64,000 nt of DNA from Eledone cirrhosa (Eukaryota): assembly GCA_964016885.1 (NCBI GenBank), contig OZ024750.1, positions 37,386,001-37,450,000 on the forward strand. Reading direction: 5' to 3'. The notes beneath the pieces are model-generated. The model did no database searches. It was not told where the DNA came from and saw only the letters and a list, made by a program, of their open reading frames with translations. The translations under genes were made by a program, and so were the position numbers. Of the stretch, positions 1 through 12,100 are shown piece by piece. How positions within the stretch are numbered: the stretch's first letter is position 1; the number at the start of each line of letters is the position of its first letter.

Positions 1-222
1 GGTTTTTCACAAATTGATCATTTTACACAGTATTTGGAAAAAATGCATTGTTTCGACACGTTGAAAAATTTTTTAAAAATACAAAATATATATCAATTTT
101 CGAAATCAGAAACTATGTTTCGAAAGAAAAAAAATCAATCTTTTTTGAAAAAAAACAATTTTTCGAAATACTTTGTAAAATGATAGATTTGTGAAAAACC
201 TAAAATAATCCATTTTTTTATA

Positions 223-411
223 CTTTTCGAAATATTTACTTCTGATTTCTAAAATTGATTTTTTTAGGTTTTTCACAAATTGATCATTTTACACAGTATT
301 TGGAAAAAATATTTTTTTTCAAAAGAATGCGTTTATAAATTGTGTTTCGACACGTTGAAAAATACAAAATATATATCAATTTTCGAAATCAGAAAGTATA
401 TATTTCGAAAG
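223..411. repeat. Inverted repeat pair B (~37 bp), interleaved with pair A; representative copy
   Basis: 223-259 cttttcgaaatatttacttctgatttctaaaattgat versus 375-411 atcaattttcgaaatcagaaagtatatatttcgaaag, whose reverse complement is ctttcgaaatatatactttctgatttcgaaaattgat. Confidence 0.9.
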
Positions 412-501
412 AAAAAAAATTAATCTTTTTTGAAAAAAAACAATTTTTCGAAATACTGTGTAAAATGATCAATTTGTGAAAGACATAAAATAATCAATTT
501 T
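251..501. repeat. Inverted repeat pair A (~75 bp arms) in a representative monomer; present in nearly all monomers
   Basis: Left arm 251-324 (aaaattgatttttttaggtttttcacaaattgatcattttacacagtatttggaaaaaatattttttttcaaaa) is the near reverse complement of right arm 428-501 (consensus ttttgaaaaaaaacaatttttcgaaatactgtgtaaaatgatcaatttgtgaaaaacctaaaataatcaatttt). Confidence 0.95.
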
Positions 502-3076
502 TTTATACTTTTTGAAATATTTACTTCTGATTTCTAAAATTGATTTTTTTAGGTCTTTCACAAATTGATCATTTTACACAGTATTTGGAAAAAATATTTT
601 TTTTCAAAAGAATGCGGTTATAAATTGTGTTTCGACACGTTGAAAAATACAAAATATATATCAAAAAGTATATATATCGAAATCAGAAAGTATATATTTC
701 GAAAGAAATAAAATCAATCCTTTTTGAAATATAACAATTTTTCGAAATACTGTGTAAAATGATCAATTTGTGAAAAACCTAAAATAATCAATTCGTTTAT
801 ACTTTTCGAAATATTTACTTCTGATTTCTAAAATTGATTTTTTTAGGTTTTTCACAAATTGATCATTTTACACAGTATTTGGAAAAAATATTTTTTTTCA
901 AAAAAATGTGTTTATACATTGTGTTTCGACACGTTGAAAAACTTTTGAAAAATTCAAAATATATATCAATTTTCGAAATCAGAAAGTATATATTTCGAAA
1001 GAAATAAAATTAATCTTTTTTGAAAAAAAACAATTTTTCGAAATACTGTGTAACATGATCAATTTGTGAAAAACCTAAATTAATAAATTTTTTTATAATT
1101 TTAGAAATATTTACTTCTGATTTCTAAAATTGATTTTTTTTAGGTTTTTCACAAATTGATCATTTTACACAGTATTTGGAAAAAATGCATTGTTTCGACA
1201 CGTTGAAAAATTTTTTAAAAATACAAAATATATATCAATTTTCGAAATCAGAAACTATATTTCGAAAGAAAAAAAATCAATCTTTTTTGAAAAAAAACAA
1301 TTTTTCGAAATACTGTGTAAAATGATCAATTTGTGAAAAACCTAAAATAATCAATTTTTTTATACTTTTCGAAATATTTACTTCTGATTTCTAAAATTGA
1401 TTTTTTTAGGTTTTTCACAAATTGATCATTTTACACAGTATTTGGAAAAAATATTTTTTTTCAAAAGAATGCGGTTATAAATTGTGTTTCGACACGTTGA
1501 AAAATACAAAATATATATCAAAAAGTATATATATCGAAATCAGAAAGTATATATTTCGAAAGAAATAAAATCAATCCTTTTTGAAATATAACAATTTTTC
1601 GAAATACTGTGTAAAATGATCAATTTGTGAAAAACCTAAAATAATCAATTCGTTTATACTTTTCGAAATATTTACTTCTGATTTCTAAAATTGATTTTTT
1701 TAGGTTTTTCACAAATTGATCATTTTACACAGTATTTGGAAAAAATATTTTTTTTCAAAAAAATGTGTTTATACATTGTGTTTCGACACGTTGAAAAACT
1801 TTTGAAAAATTCAAAATATATATCAATTTTCGAAATCAGAAAGTATATATTTCGAAAGAAATAAAATCAATCTTTTTTGAAAAAAAACAATTTTTCGAAA
1901 TACTGTGTAAAATGATCAATTTGTGAAAAACCTAAAATAATCAATTTTTTATACTTTTCGAAATATTTACTTCTGATTTCTAAAATTGATTTTTTTAGGT
2001 TTTTCACAAATTGATCATTTTACACAGTATTTGGAAAAAATGCATTGTTTCGACACGTTGAAAAATTTTTTAAAAATACAAAATATATATCAATTTTCGA
2101 AATCAGAAAGTATATATTTCGAAAGAAAAAAAATTAATCTTTTTTGAAAAAAAACAATTTTTCGAAATACTGTGTAAAATGATCAATTTGTGAAAAACCT
2201 AAAATAATCAATTTTTTTATACCTTTCGAAATATTTACTTCTGATTTCTAAAATTGATTTTTTTTTAGGTTTTTCACAAATTGATCATTTTACACAGTAT
2301 TTGGAAAAAATATTTTTTTTCAAAAAAATGTGTTTATACATTGTGTTTCGACACGTTGAAAAATACAATATATATATCAATTTTCGAAATCAGAAAGTAT
2401 ATATTTCGAAAGAAAAAAAATCAATCTTTTTTGAAATAAAACAATTTTTCGAAATACTGTGTAAAATGATCAATTTGTGAAAAACCTAAAATAATCAATT
2501 TTTTTAAACTTTTCGAAATATTTACTTCGAATTTCTAAAATTGATTTTTTTAGGTTTTACACAGTATTTAGAAAAAAGGCGTTTATACATTGTTTCGACA
2601 CGTTGAAAAATTTTTTAAAAATACAAAATATATATCAATTTTCGAAATCTGAAAGTATATATTTCGAAAGAAAAAAAAACATCTTTTTTGAAAAAAAACA
2701 ATTTTTCGAAATACTGTGTAAAATGATCAATTTGTGAAAAACCTAAAATAATCAATTTTTTATACTTTTCGAAATATTTACTTCTGATTTCTAAAATTGA
2801 TTTTTTTAGGTTTTTCACAAATTGATCATTTTACACAGTATTTGGAAAAAATGCATTGTTTCGACACGTTGAAAAATTTTTTAAAAATACAAAATATATA
2901 TCAATTTTCGAAATCAGAAAGTATATATTTCGAAAGAAAAAAAATTAATCTTTTTTTAAAAAAAACAATTTTTCGAAATACTGTGTAAAATGATCAATTT
3001 GTGAAAAACCTAAAATAATCAATTTTTTTATACTTTTCGAAATATTTACTTCTGATTTCTAAAATTGATTTTTTTA

Positions 3077-3916
3077 GGTTTTTCACAAATTGATCATTTT
3101 ACACAGTATTTGGAAAAAATATTTTTTTTCAAAAGAATGCGTTTATAAATTGTGTTTCGACACGTTGAAAAATACAAAATATATATCAAAAAGTATATAT
3201 ATCGAAATCAGAAAGTATATATTTCGAAAGAAAAAAAATCAATCTTTTTTGAAAAGAAATTTTTCGAAATACTGTGTAAAATGATCAATTTGTGAAAAAC
3301 CTAAAATAATCAATTTTTTTATACTTTTCGAAATATTTACTTCTGATTTCTAAAATTGATTTTTTTAGGTTTTACACAAATTGATCATTTTACACAGTAT
3401 TTCGAAAAAATGCATTGTTTCGACACGTTGAAAAATACAAAATATATATCAATTTTCGAAATCAGAAAGTATATATTTCGAAAGAAAAAAAATTAATATT
3501 TTTTGAAAAAAAAACAATTTTTCGAAATACTGTGTAAAATGATCAATTTGTGAAAAACCTAAAATAATCCATTTTTTTATACTTTTCGAAATATTTACTT
3601 CTGATTTCTAAAATTGATTTTTTTAGGTCTTTCACAAATTGATCATTTTACACAGTATTTGGAAAAAATATTTTTTTTCAAAAGAATGCGGTTATAAATT
3701 GTGTTTCGACACGTTGAAAAATACAAAATATATATCAAAAAGTATATATATCGAAATCAGAAAGTATATATTTCGAAAGAAAAAAAATCAATCTTTTTTG
3801 AAAAGAAATTTTTCGAAATACTGTGTAAAATGAGCAATTTGTGAAAAACCTAAAATAATCAATTCGTTTATACTTTTCGAAATATTTACTTCTGATTTCT
3901 AAAATTGATTTTTTTA
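3077..3916 (+). repeat. Recurrent 3-monomer cassette (often with flanking monomers), dispersed in at least 7 copies
   Basis: The same ordered trio (gaaaagaaatttttcg; ggttttacacaaatt with gtatttcgaa; ggtctttc with atgagcaatt) starts at ~3077, 8356, 17329, 26796, 34114, 38304 and 42511. Confidence 0.85.
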
Positions 3917-6900
3917 GGTTTTTCACAAATTGATCATTTTACACAGTATTTGGAAAAAATATTTTTTTTCAAAAAAATGTGTTTATACATTGTGTTTCGG
4001 CACGTTGAAAAACTTTTGAAAAATTCAAAATATATATCAATTTTCGAAATCAGAAAGTATATATTTCGAAAGAAAAAAAATTAATCTTTTTTGAAAAAAA
4101 ACAATTTTTCGAAATACTGTGTAAAATGATCAATTTGTGAAAAACCTAAAATAATCAATTTTTTATACTTTTCGAAATATTTACTTCTGATTTCTAAAAT
4201 TGATTTTTTTAGGTTTTTCACAAATTGATCATTTTACACAGTATTTGGAAAAAATGCATTGTTTCGACACGTTGAAAAATTTTTTAAAAATACAAAATAT
4301 ATATCAATTTTCGAAATCAGAAAGTATATATTTCGAAAGAAAAAAAATTAATCTTTTTTGAAAAAAAACAATTTTTCGAAATACTGTGTAAAATGATCAA
4401 TTTGTGAAAAACCTAAAATAATCAATTTTTTTATACTTTTCGAAATATTTACTTCTGATTTCTAAAATTGATTTTTTTAGGTTTTTCACAAATTGATCAT
4501 TTTACACAGTATTTGGAAAAAATGCATTGTTTCAACACGTTGAAAGATTTTTTAAAAATACAAAATATATATCAATTTTCGAAATCAGAAAGTATATTTC
4601 GAAAGAAAAAAAATCAATCTTTTTTGAAAAAAAACAATTATTCGAAATACTTTGTAAAATGATAGATTTGTGAAAAACCTAAAATAATCCATTTTTTTAT
4701 ACTTTTCGAAATATTTACTTCTGATTTCTAAAATTGATTTTTTTAGGTTTTTCACAAATTGATCATTTTACACAGTATTTGGAAAAAATATTTTTTTTCA
4801 AAAAAATGTGTTTATACATTGTGTTTCGACACGTTGAAAAATACAAAATATATATCAATTTTCGAAATCAGAAAGCATATATTTCGAAAGAAAAAAAATT
4901 AATCTTTTTTGAAAAAAAACAATTTTTCGAAATATTGTGTAAAATGATCAATTTGTGAAAAACCTAAAATAATCAATTTTTTTATACTTTTCGAAATATT
5001 TACTTCTGATTTCTAAAATTGATTTTTTTAGGTTTTACACAGTATTTGGAAAAAAGGCGTTTATACATTTAGTTTCGACACGTTGAAAAATACAAAATAT
5101 ATATCAATTTTCGAAATCAGAAAGTATATATTTCGAAAGAAAAAAAATTAATCTTTTTTGAAAAAAAACAATTTTTCGAAATACTGTGTAAAATGATCAA
5201 TTTGTGAAAAACATAAAATAATCAATTTTTTTATACTTTTTGAAATATTTACTTCTGATTTCTAAAATTGATTTTTTTAGGTCTTTCACAAATTGATCAT
5301 TTTACACAGTATTTGGAAAAAATGCATTGTTTCGACACGTTGAAAAATTTTTTAAAAATACAAAATATATATCAATTTTCGAAATCAGAAACTATGTTTC
5401 GAAAGAAAAAAAATCAATCTTTTTTGAAAAAAAACAATTTTTCGAAATACTTTGTAAAATGATAGATTTGTGAAAAACCTAAAATAATCCATTTTTTTAT
5501 ACTTTTCGAAATATTTACTTCTGATTTCTAAAATTGATTTTTTTAGGTTTTTCACAAATTGATCATTTTACACAGTATTTGGAAAAAATATTTTTTTTCA
5601 AAAGAATGCGTTTATAAATTGTGTTTCGACACGTTGAAAAATACAAAATATATATCAATTTTCGAAATCAGAAAGTATATATTTCGAAAGAAAAAAAATT
5701 AATCTTTTTTGAAAAAAAACAATTTTTCGAAATACTGTGTAAAATGATCAATTTGTGAAAAACATAAAATAATCAATTTTTTTATACTTTTTGAAATATT
5801 TACTTCTGATTTCTAAAATTGATTTTTTTAGGTCTTTCACAAATTGATCATTTTACACAGTATTTGGAAAAAATATTTTTTTTCAAAAGAATGCGGTTAT
5901 AAATTGTGTTTCGACACGTTGAAAAATACAAAATATATATCAAAAAGTATATATATCGAAATCAGAAAGTATATATTTCGAAAGAAATAAAATCAATCCT
6001 TTTTGAAATATAACAATTTTTCGAAATACTGTGTAAAATGATCAATTTGTGAAAAACCTAAAATAATCAATTCGTTTATACTTTTCGAAATATTTAGTTC
6101 TGATTTCTAAAATTGATTTTTTTAGGTTTTTCACAAATTGATCATTTTACACAGTATTTGGAAAAAATATTTTTTTTCAAAAAAATGTGTTTATACATTG
6201 TGTTTCGACACGTTGAAAAACTTTTGAAAAATTCAAAATATATATCAATTTTCGAAATCAGAAAGTATATATTTCGAAAGAAATAAAATTAATCTTTTTT
6301 GAAAAAAAACAATTTTTCGAAATACTGTGTAACATGATCAATTTGTGAAAAACCTAAATTAATAAATTTTTTTATAATTTTAGAAATATTTACTTCTGAT
6401 TTCTAAAATTGATTTTTTTTAGGTTTTTCACAAATTGATCATTTTACACAGTATTTGGAAAAAATGCATTGTTTCGACACGTTGAAAAATTTTTTAAAAA
6501 TACAAAATATATATCAATTTTCGAAATCAGAAACTATATTTCGAAAGAAAAAAAATCAATCTTTTTTGAAAAAAAACAATTTTTCGAAATACTGTGTAAA
6601 ATGATCAATTTGTGAAAAACCTAAAATAATCAATTTTTTTATACTTTTCGAAATATTTACTTCTGATTTCTAAAATTGATTTTTTTAGGTTTTTCACAAA
6701 TTGATCATTTTACACAGTATTTGGAAAAAATATTTTTTTTCAAAAGAATGCGGTTATAAATTGTGTTTCGACACGTTGAAAAATACAAAATATATATCAA
6801 AAAGTATATATATCGAAATCAGAAAGTATATATTTCGAAAGAAATAAAATCAATCCTTTTTGAAATATAACAATTTTTCGAAATACTGTGTAAAATGATC

Positions 6901-9189
6901 AATTTGTGAAAAACCTAAAATAATCAATTCGTTTATACTTTTCGAAATATTTACTTCTGATTTCTAAAATTGATTTTTTTAGGTTTTTCACAAATTGATC
7001 ATTTTACACAGTATTTGGAAAAAATATTTTTTTTCAAGAAAATGTGTTTATACATTGTGTTTCGACACGTTGAAAAACTTTTGAAAAATTCAAAATATAT
7101 ATCAATTTTCGAAATCAGAAAGTATATATTTCGAAAGAAATAAAATCAATCTTTTTTGAAAAAAAACAATTTTTCGAAATACTGTGTAAAATGATCAATT
7201 TGTGAAAAACCTAAAATAATCAATTTTTTATACTTTTCGAAATATTTACTTCTGATTTCTAAAATTGATTTTTTTAGGTTTTTCACAAATTGATCATTTT
7301 ACACAGTATTTGGAAAAAATGCATTGTTTCGACACGTTGAAAAATTTTTTAAAAATACAAAATATATATCAATTTTCGAAATCAGAAAGTATATATTTCG
7401 AAAGAAAAAAAATTAATCTTTTTTGAAAAAAAACAATTTTTCGAAATACTGTGTAAAATGATCAATTTGTGAAAAACCTAAAATAATCAATTTTTTTATA
7501 CCTTTCGAAATATTTACTTCTGATTTCTAAAATTGATTTTTTTTTAGGTTTTTCACAAATTGATCATTTTACACAGTATTTGGAAAAAATATTTTTTTTC
7601 AAAAAAATGTGTTTATACATTGTGTTTCGACACGTTGAAAAATACAATATATATATCAATTTTCGAAATCAGAAAGTATATATTTCGAAAGAAAAAAAAT
7701 CAATCTTTTTTGAAATAAAACAATTTTTCGAAATACTGTGTAAAATGATCAATTTGTGAAAAACCTAAAATAATCAATTTTTTTAAACTTTTCGAAATAT
7801 TTACTTCGAATTTCTAAAATTGATTTTTTTAGGTTTTACACAGTATTTAGAAAAAAGGCGTTTATACATTGTTTCGACACGTTGAAAAATTTTTTAAAAA
7901 TACAAAATATATATCAATTTTCGAAATCTGAAAGTATATATTTCGAAAGAAAAAAAAACATCTTTTTTGAAAAAAAACAATTTTTCGAAATACTGTGTAA
8001 AATGATCAATTTGTGAAAAACCTAAAATAATCAATTTTTTATACTTTTCGAAATATTTACTTCTGATTTCTAAAATTGATTTTTTTAGGTTTTTCACAAA
8101 TTGATCATTTTACACAGTATTTGGAAAAAATGCATTGTTTCGACACGTTGAAAAATTTTTTAAAAATACAAAATATATATCAATTTTCGAAATCAGAAAG
8201 TATATATTTCGAAAGAAAAAAAATTAATCTTTTTTTAAAAAAAACAATTTTTCGAAATACTGTGTAAAATGATCAATTTGTGAAAAACCTAAAATAATCA
8301 ATTTTTTTATACTTTTCGAAATATTTACTTCTGATTTCTAAAATTGATTTTTTTAGGTTTTTCACAAATTGATCATTTTACACAGTATTTGGAAAAAATA
8401 TTTTTTTTCAAAAGAATGCGTTTATAAATTGTGTTTCGACACGTTGAAAAATACAAAATATATATCAAAAAGTATATATATCGAAATCAGAAAGTATATA
8501 TTTCGAAGGAAAAAAAATCAATCTTTTTTGAAAAGAAATTTTTCGAAATACTGTGTAAAATGATCAATTTGTGAAAAACCTAAAATAATCAATTTTTTTA
8601 TACTTTTCGAAATATTTACTTCTGATTTCTAAAATTGATTTTTTTAGGTTTTACACAAATTGATCATTTTACACAGTATTTCGAAAAAATGCATTGTTTC
8701 GACACGTTGAAAAATACAAAATATATATCAATTTTCGAAATCAGAAAGTATATATTTCGAAAGAAAAAAAATTAATATTTTTTGAAAAAAAAACAATTTT
8801 TCGAAATACTGTGTAAAATGATCAATTTGTGAAAAACCTAAAATAATCCATTTTTTTATACTTTTCGAAATATGTACTTCTGATTTCTAAAATTGATTTT
8901 TTTAGGTCTTTCACAAATTGATCATTTTACACAGTATTTGGAAAAAATATTTTTTTTCAAAAGAATGCGGTTATAAATTGTGTTTCGACACGTTGAAAAA
9001 TACAAAATATATATCAAAAATTATATATATCGAAATCAGAAAGTATATATTTCGAAAGAAAAAAAATCAATCTTTTTTGAAAAGAAATTTTTCGAAATAC
9101 TGTGTAAAATGAGCAATTTGTGAAAAACCTAAAATAATCAATTCGTTTATACTTTTCGAAATATTTACTTCTGATTTCTAAAATTGATT

Positions 9190-12100
9190 TTTTTAGGTTT
9201 TTCACAAATTGATCATTTTACACAGTATTTGGAAAAAATATTTTTTTTCAAAAAAATGTGTTTATACATTGTGTTTCGGCACGTTGAAAAACTTTTGAAA
9301 AATTCAAAATATATATCAATTTTCGAAATCAGAAAGTATATATTTCGAAAGAAAAAAAATTAATCTTTTTTGAAAAAAAACAATTTTTCGAAATACTGTG
9401 TAAAATGATCAATTTGTGAAAAACCTAAAATAATCAATTTTTTATACTTTTCGAAATATTTACTTCTGATTTCTAAAATTGATTTTTTTAGGTTTTTCAC
9501 AAATTGATCATTTTACACAGTATTTGGAAAAAATGCATTGTTTCGACACGTTGAAAAATTTTTTTAAAATACAAAATATATATCAATTTTCGAAATCAGA
9601 AAGTATATATTTCGAAAGAAAAAAAATTAATCTTTTTTGAAAAAAAACAATTTTTCGAAATACTGTGTAAAATGATCAATTTGTGAAAAACCTAAAATAA
9701 TCAATTTTTTTATACTTTTCGAAATATTTACTTCTGATTTCTAAAATTGATTTTTTTAGGTTTTTCACAAATTGATCATTTTACACAGTATTTGGAAAAA
9801 ATGCATTGTTTCAACACGTTGAAAGATTTTTTAAAAATACAAAATATATATCAATTTTCGAAATCAGAAAGTATATTTCGAAAGAAAAAAAATCAATCTT
9901 TTTTGAAAAAAAACAATTATTCGAAATACTTTGTAAAATGATAGATTTGTGAAAAACCTAAAATAATCCATTTTTTTATACTTTTCGAAATATTTACTTC
10001 TGATTTCTAAAATTGATTTTTTTAGGTTTTTCACAATTGATCATTTTACACAGTATTTGGAAAAAATATTTTTTATCAAAAGAATGCGTTTATAAATTAT
10101 GTTTCGACACGTTGAAAAATACAAAATATATATCAATTTTCGAAATCAGAAAGTATATATTTCGAAAGAAAAAAAATTAATCTTTTTTGAAAAAAAACAA
10201 TTTTTCGAAATACTGTGTAAAATGATCAATTTGTGAAAAACCTAAAATAATCAATTTTTTTATACTTTTCGAAATATTTACTTCTGATTTCTAAAATTGA
10301 TTTTTTTAGGTTTTACACAGTATTTGGAAAAAAGGCGTTTATACATTTAGTTTCGACACGTTGAAAAATACAAAATATATATCAATTTTCGAAATCAGAA
10401 AGTATATATTTCGAAAGAAAAAAAATTAATCTTTTTTGAAAAAAAACAATTTTTCGAAATACTGTGTAAAATGATCAATTTGTGAAAAACCTAAAATAAT
10501 CAATTTTTTTATACTTTTCGAAATATTTACTTCTGATTTCTAAAATTGATTTTTTTTAGGTTTTTCACAAATTGATCATTTTACACAGTATTTGGAAAAA
10601 ATGCATTGTTTCGACACGTTGAAAAATTTTTTAAAAATACAAAATATATATCAATTTTCGAAATCAGAAACTATGTTTCGAAAGAAAAAAAATCAATCTT
10701 TTTTGAAAAAAAACAATTTTTCGAAATACTTTGTAAAATGATAGATTTGTGAAAAACCTAAAATAATCCATTTTTTTATACTTTTCGAAATATTTACTTC
10801 TGATTTCTAAAATTGATTTTTTTTAGGTTTTTCACAAATTGATCATTTTACACAGTATTTGGAAAAAATATTTTTTTTCAAAAGAATGCGTTTATAAATT
10901 GTGTTTCGACACGTTGAAAAATACAAAATATATATCAATTTTCGAAATCAGAAAGTATATATTTCGAAAGAAAAAAAATTAATCTTTTTTGAAAAAAAAC
11001 AATTTTTCGAAATACTGTGTAAAATGATCAATTTGTGAAAAACATAAAATAATCAATTTTTTTATACTTTTCGAAATATTTACTTCTGATTTCTAAAATT
11101 GATTTTTTTTAGGTTTTTCACAAATTGATCATTTTAAACAGTATTTGGAAAAAATGCATTGTTTCGACACGTTGAAAAATTTTTTAAAAGTACAAAATAT
11201 ATATCAATTTTCGAAATCAGAAACTATATTTCGAAAGAAAAAAAATCAATCTTTTTTGAAAAAAAACAATTTTTCGAAATACTTTGTAAAATGATAGATT
11301 TGTGAAAAACCTAAAATAATCAATTTTTTTATACTTTTCGAAATATTTACTTCTGATTTCTAAAATTGATTTTTTTAGGTTTTACACAGTATTTGGAAAA
11401 AAGGCGTTTATACATTTAGTTTCGACACGTTGAAAAATACAAAATATATATCAATTTTCGAAATCAGAAAGTATATATTTCGAAAGAAAAAAAATTAATC
11501 TTTTTTGAAAAAAAACAATTTTTCGAAATACTGTGTAAAATGATCAATTTGTGAAAAACCTAAAATAATCAATTTTTTTATACTTTTCGAAATATTTACT
11601 TCTGATTTCTAAAATTGATTTTTTTAGGTTTTTCACAAATTGATCATTTTACACAGTATTTGGAAAAAATATTTTTTTTCAAAAAAATGTGTTTATACAT
11701 TGTGTTTCGGCACGTTGAAAAACTTTTGAAAAATTCAAAATATATATCAATTTTCGAAATCAGAAAGTATATATTTCGAAAGAAAAAAAATTAATCTTTT
11801 TTGAAAAAAAACAATTTTTCGAAATACTGTGTAAAATGATCAATTTGTGAAAAACCTAAAATAATCAATTTTTTATACTTTTCGAAATATTTACTTCTGA
11901 TTTCTAAAATTGATTTTTTTAGGTTTTTCACAAATTGATCATTTTACACAGTATTTGGAAAAAATGCATTGTTTCGACACGTTGAAAAATTTTTTAAAAA
12001 TACAAAATATATATCAATTTTCGAAATCAGAAAGTATATATTTCGAAAGAAAAAAAATTAATCTTTTTTGAAAAAAAACAATTTTTCGAAATACTGTGTA

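Larger units (their letters stand above)
1..11100 (+). repeat. Higher-order repeat, period 5279 bp (19 monomers), about 2.1 copies visible
   Basis: Constant ORF-track offset of 5279 (2615/7894, 2797/8076, 3090/8369, 3639/8918, 4468/9747). Rare variants recur at this offset (aactatgttt, ttcgaatttc, gaaatctgaaag). The monomer at 4746 is replaced by a different type at ~10025. Confidence 0.9.

Noticed and set aside
255-272. Splice-acceptor-like tttttttag/g, and TATA- or terminator-like motifs in every monomer
   Set aside because: Expected by chance in ~79% AT sequence, with no gene context.
345-361. CENP-B box
   Set aside because: Only TTCG matches; the downstream A and CGGG of the canonical NTTCGNNNNANNCGGGN are absent.
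341-362. Helitron 3' terminal hairpin
   Set aside because: The stem is only 4-5 bp and no CTRR terminus follows it.
381-455. Heat-shock elements from repeated TTC/GAA
   Set aside because: The motif is TTCGAA without the 2 bp spacing of nTTCnnGAAn arrays.
251-501. Tandem MITE or foldback transposon call
   Set aside because: The long arms are TIR-like, but there are no target-site duplications or recognisable superfamily termini, and the inter-arm segment is itself an inverted copy of internal sequence. Kept only as an alternative origin hypothesis.
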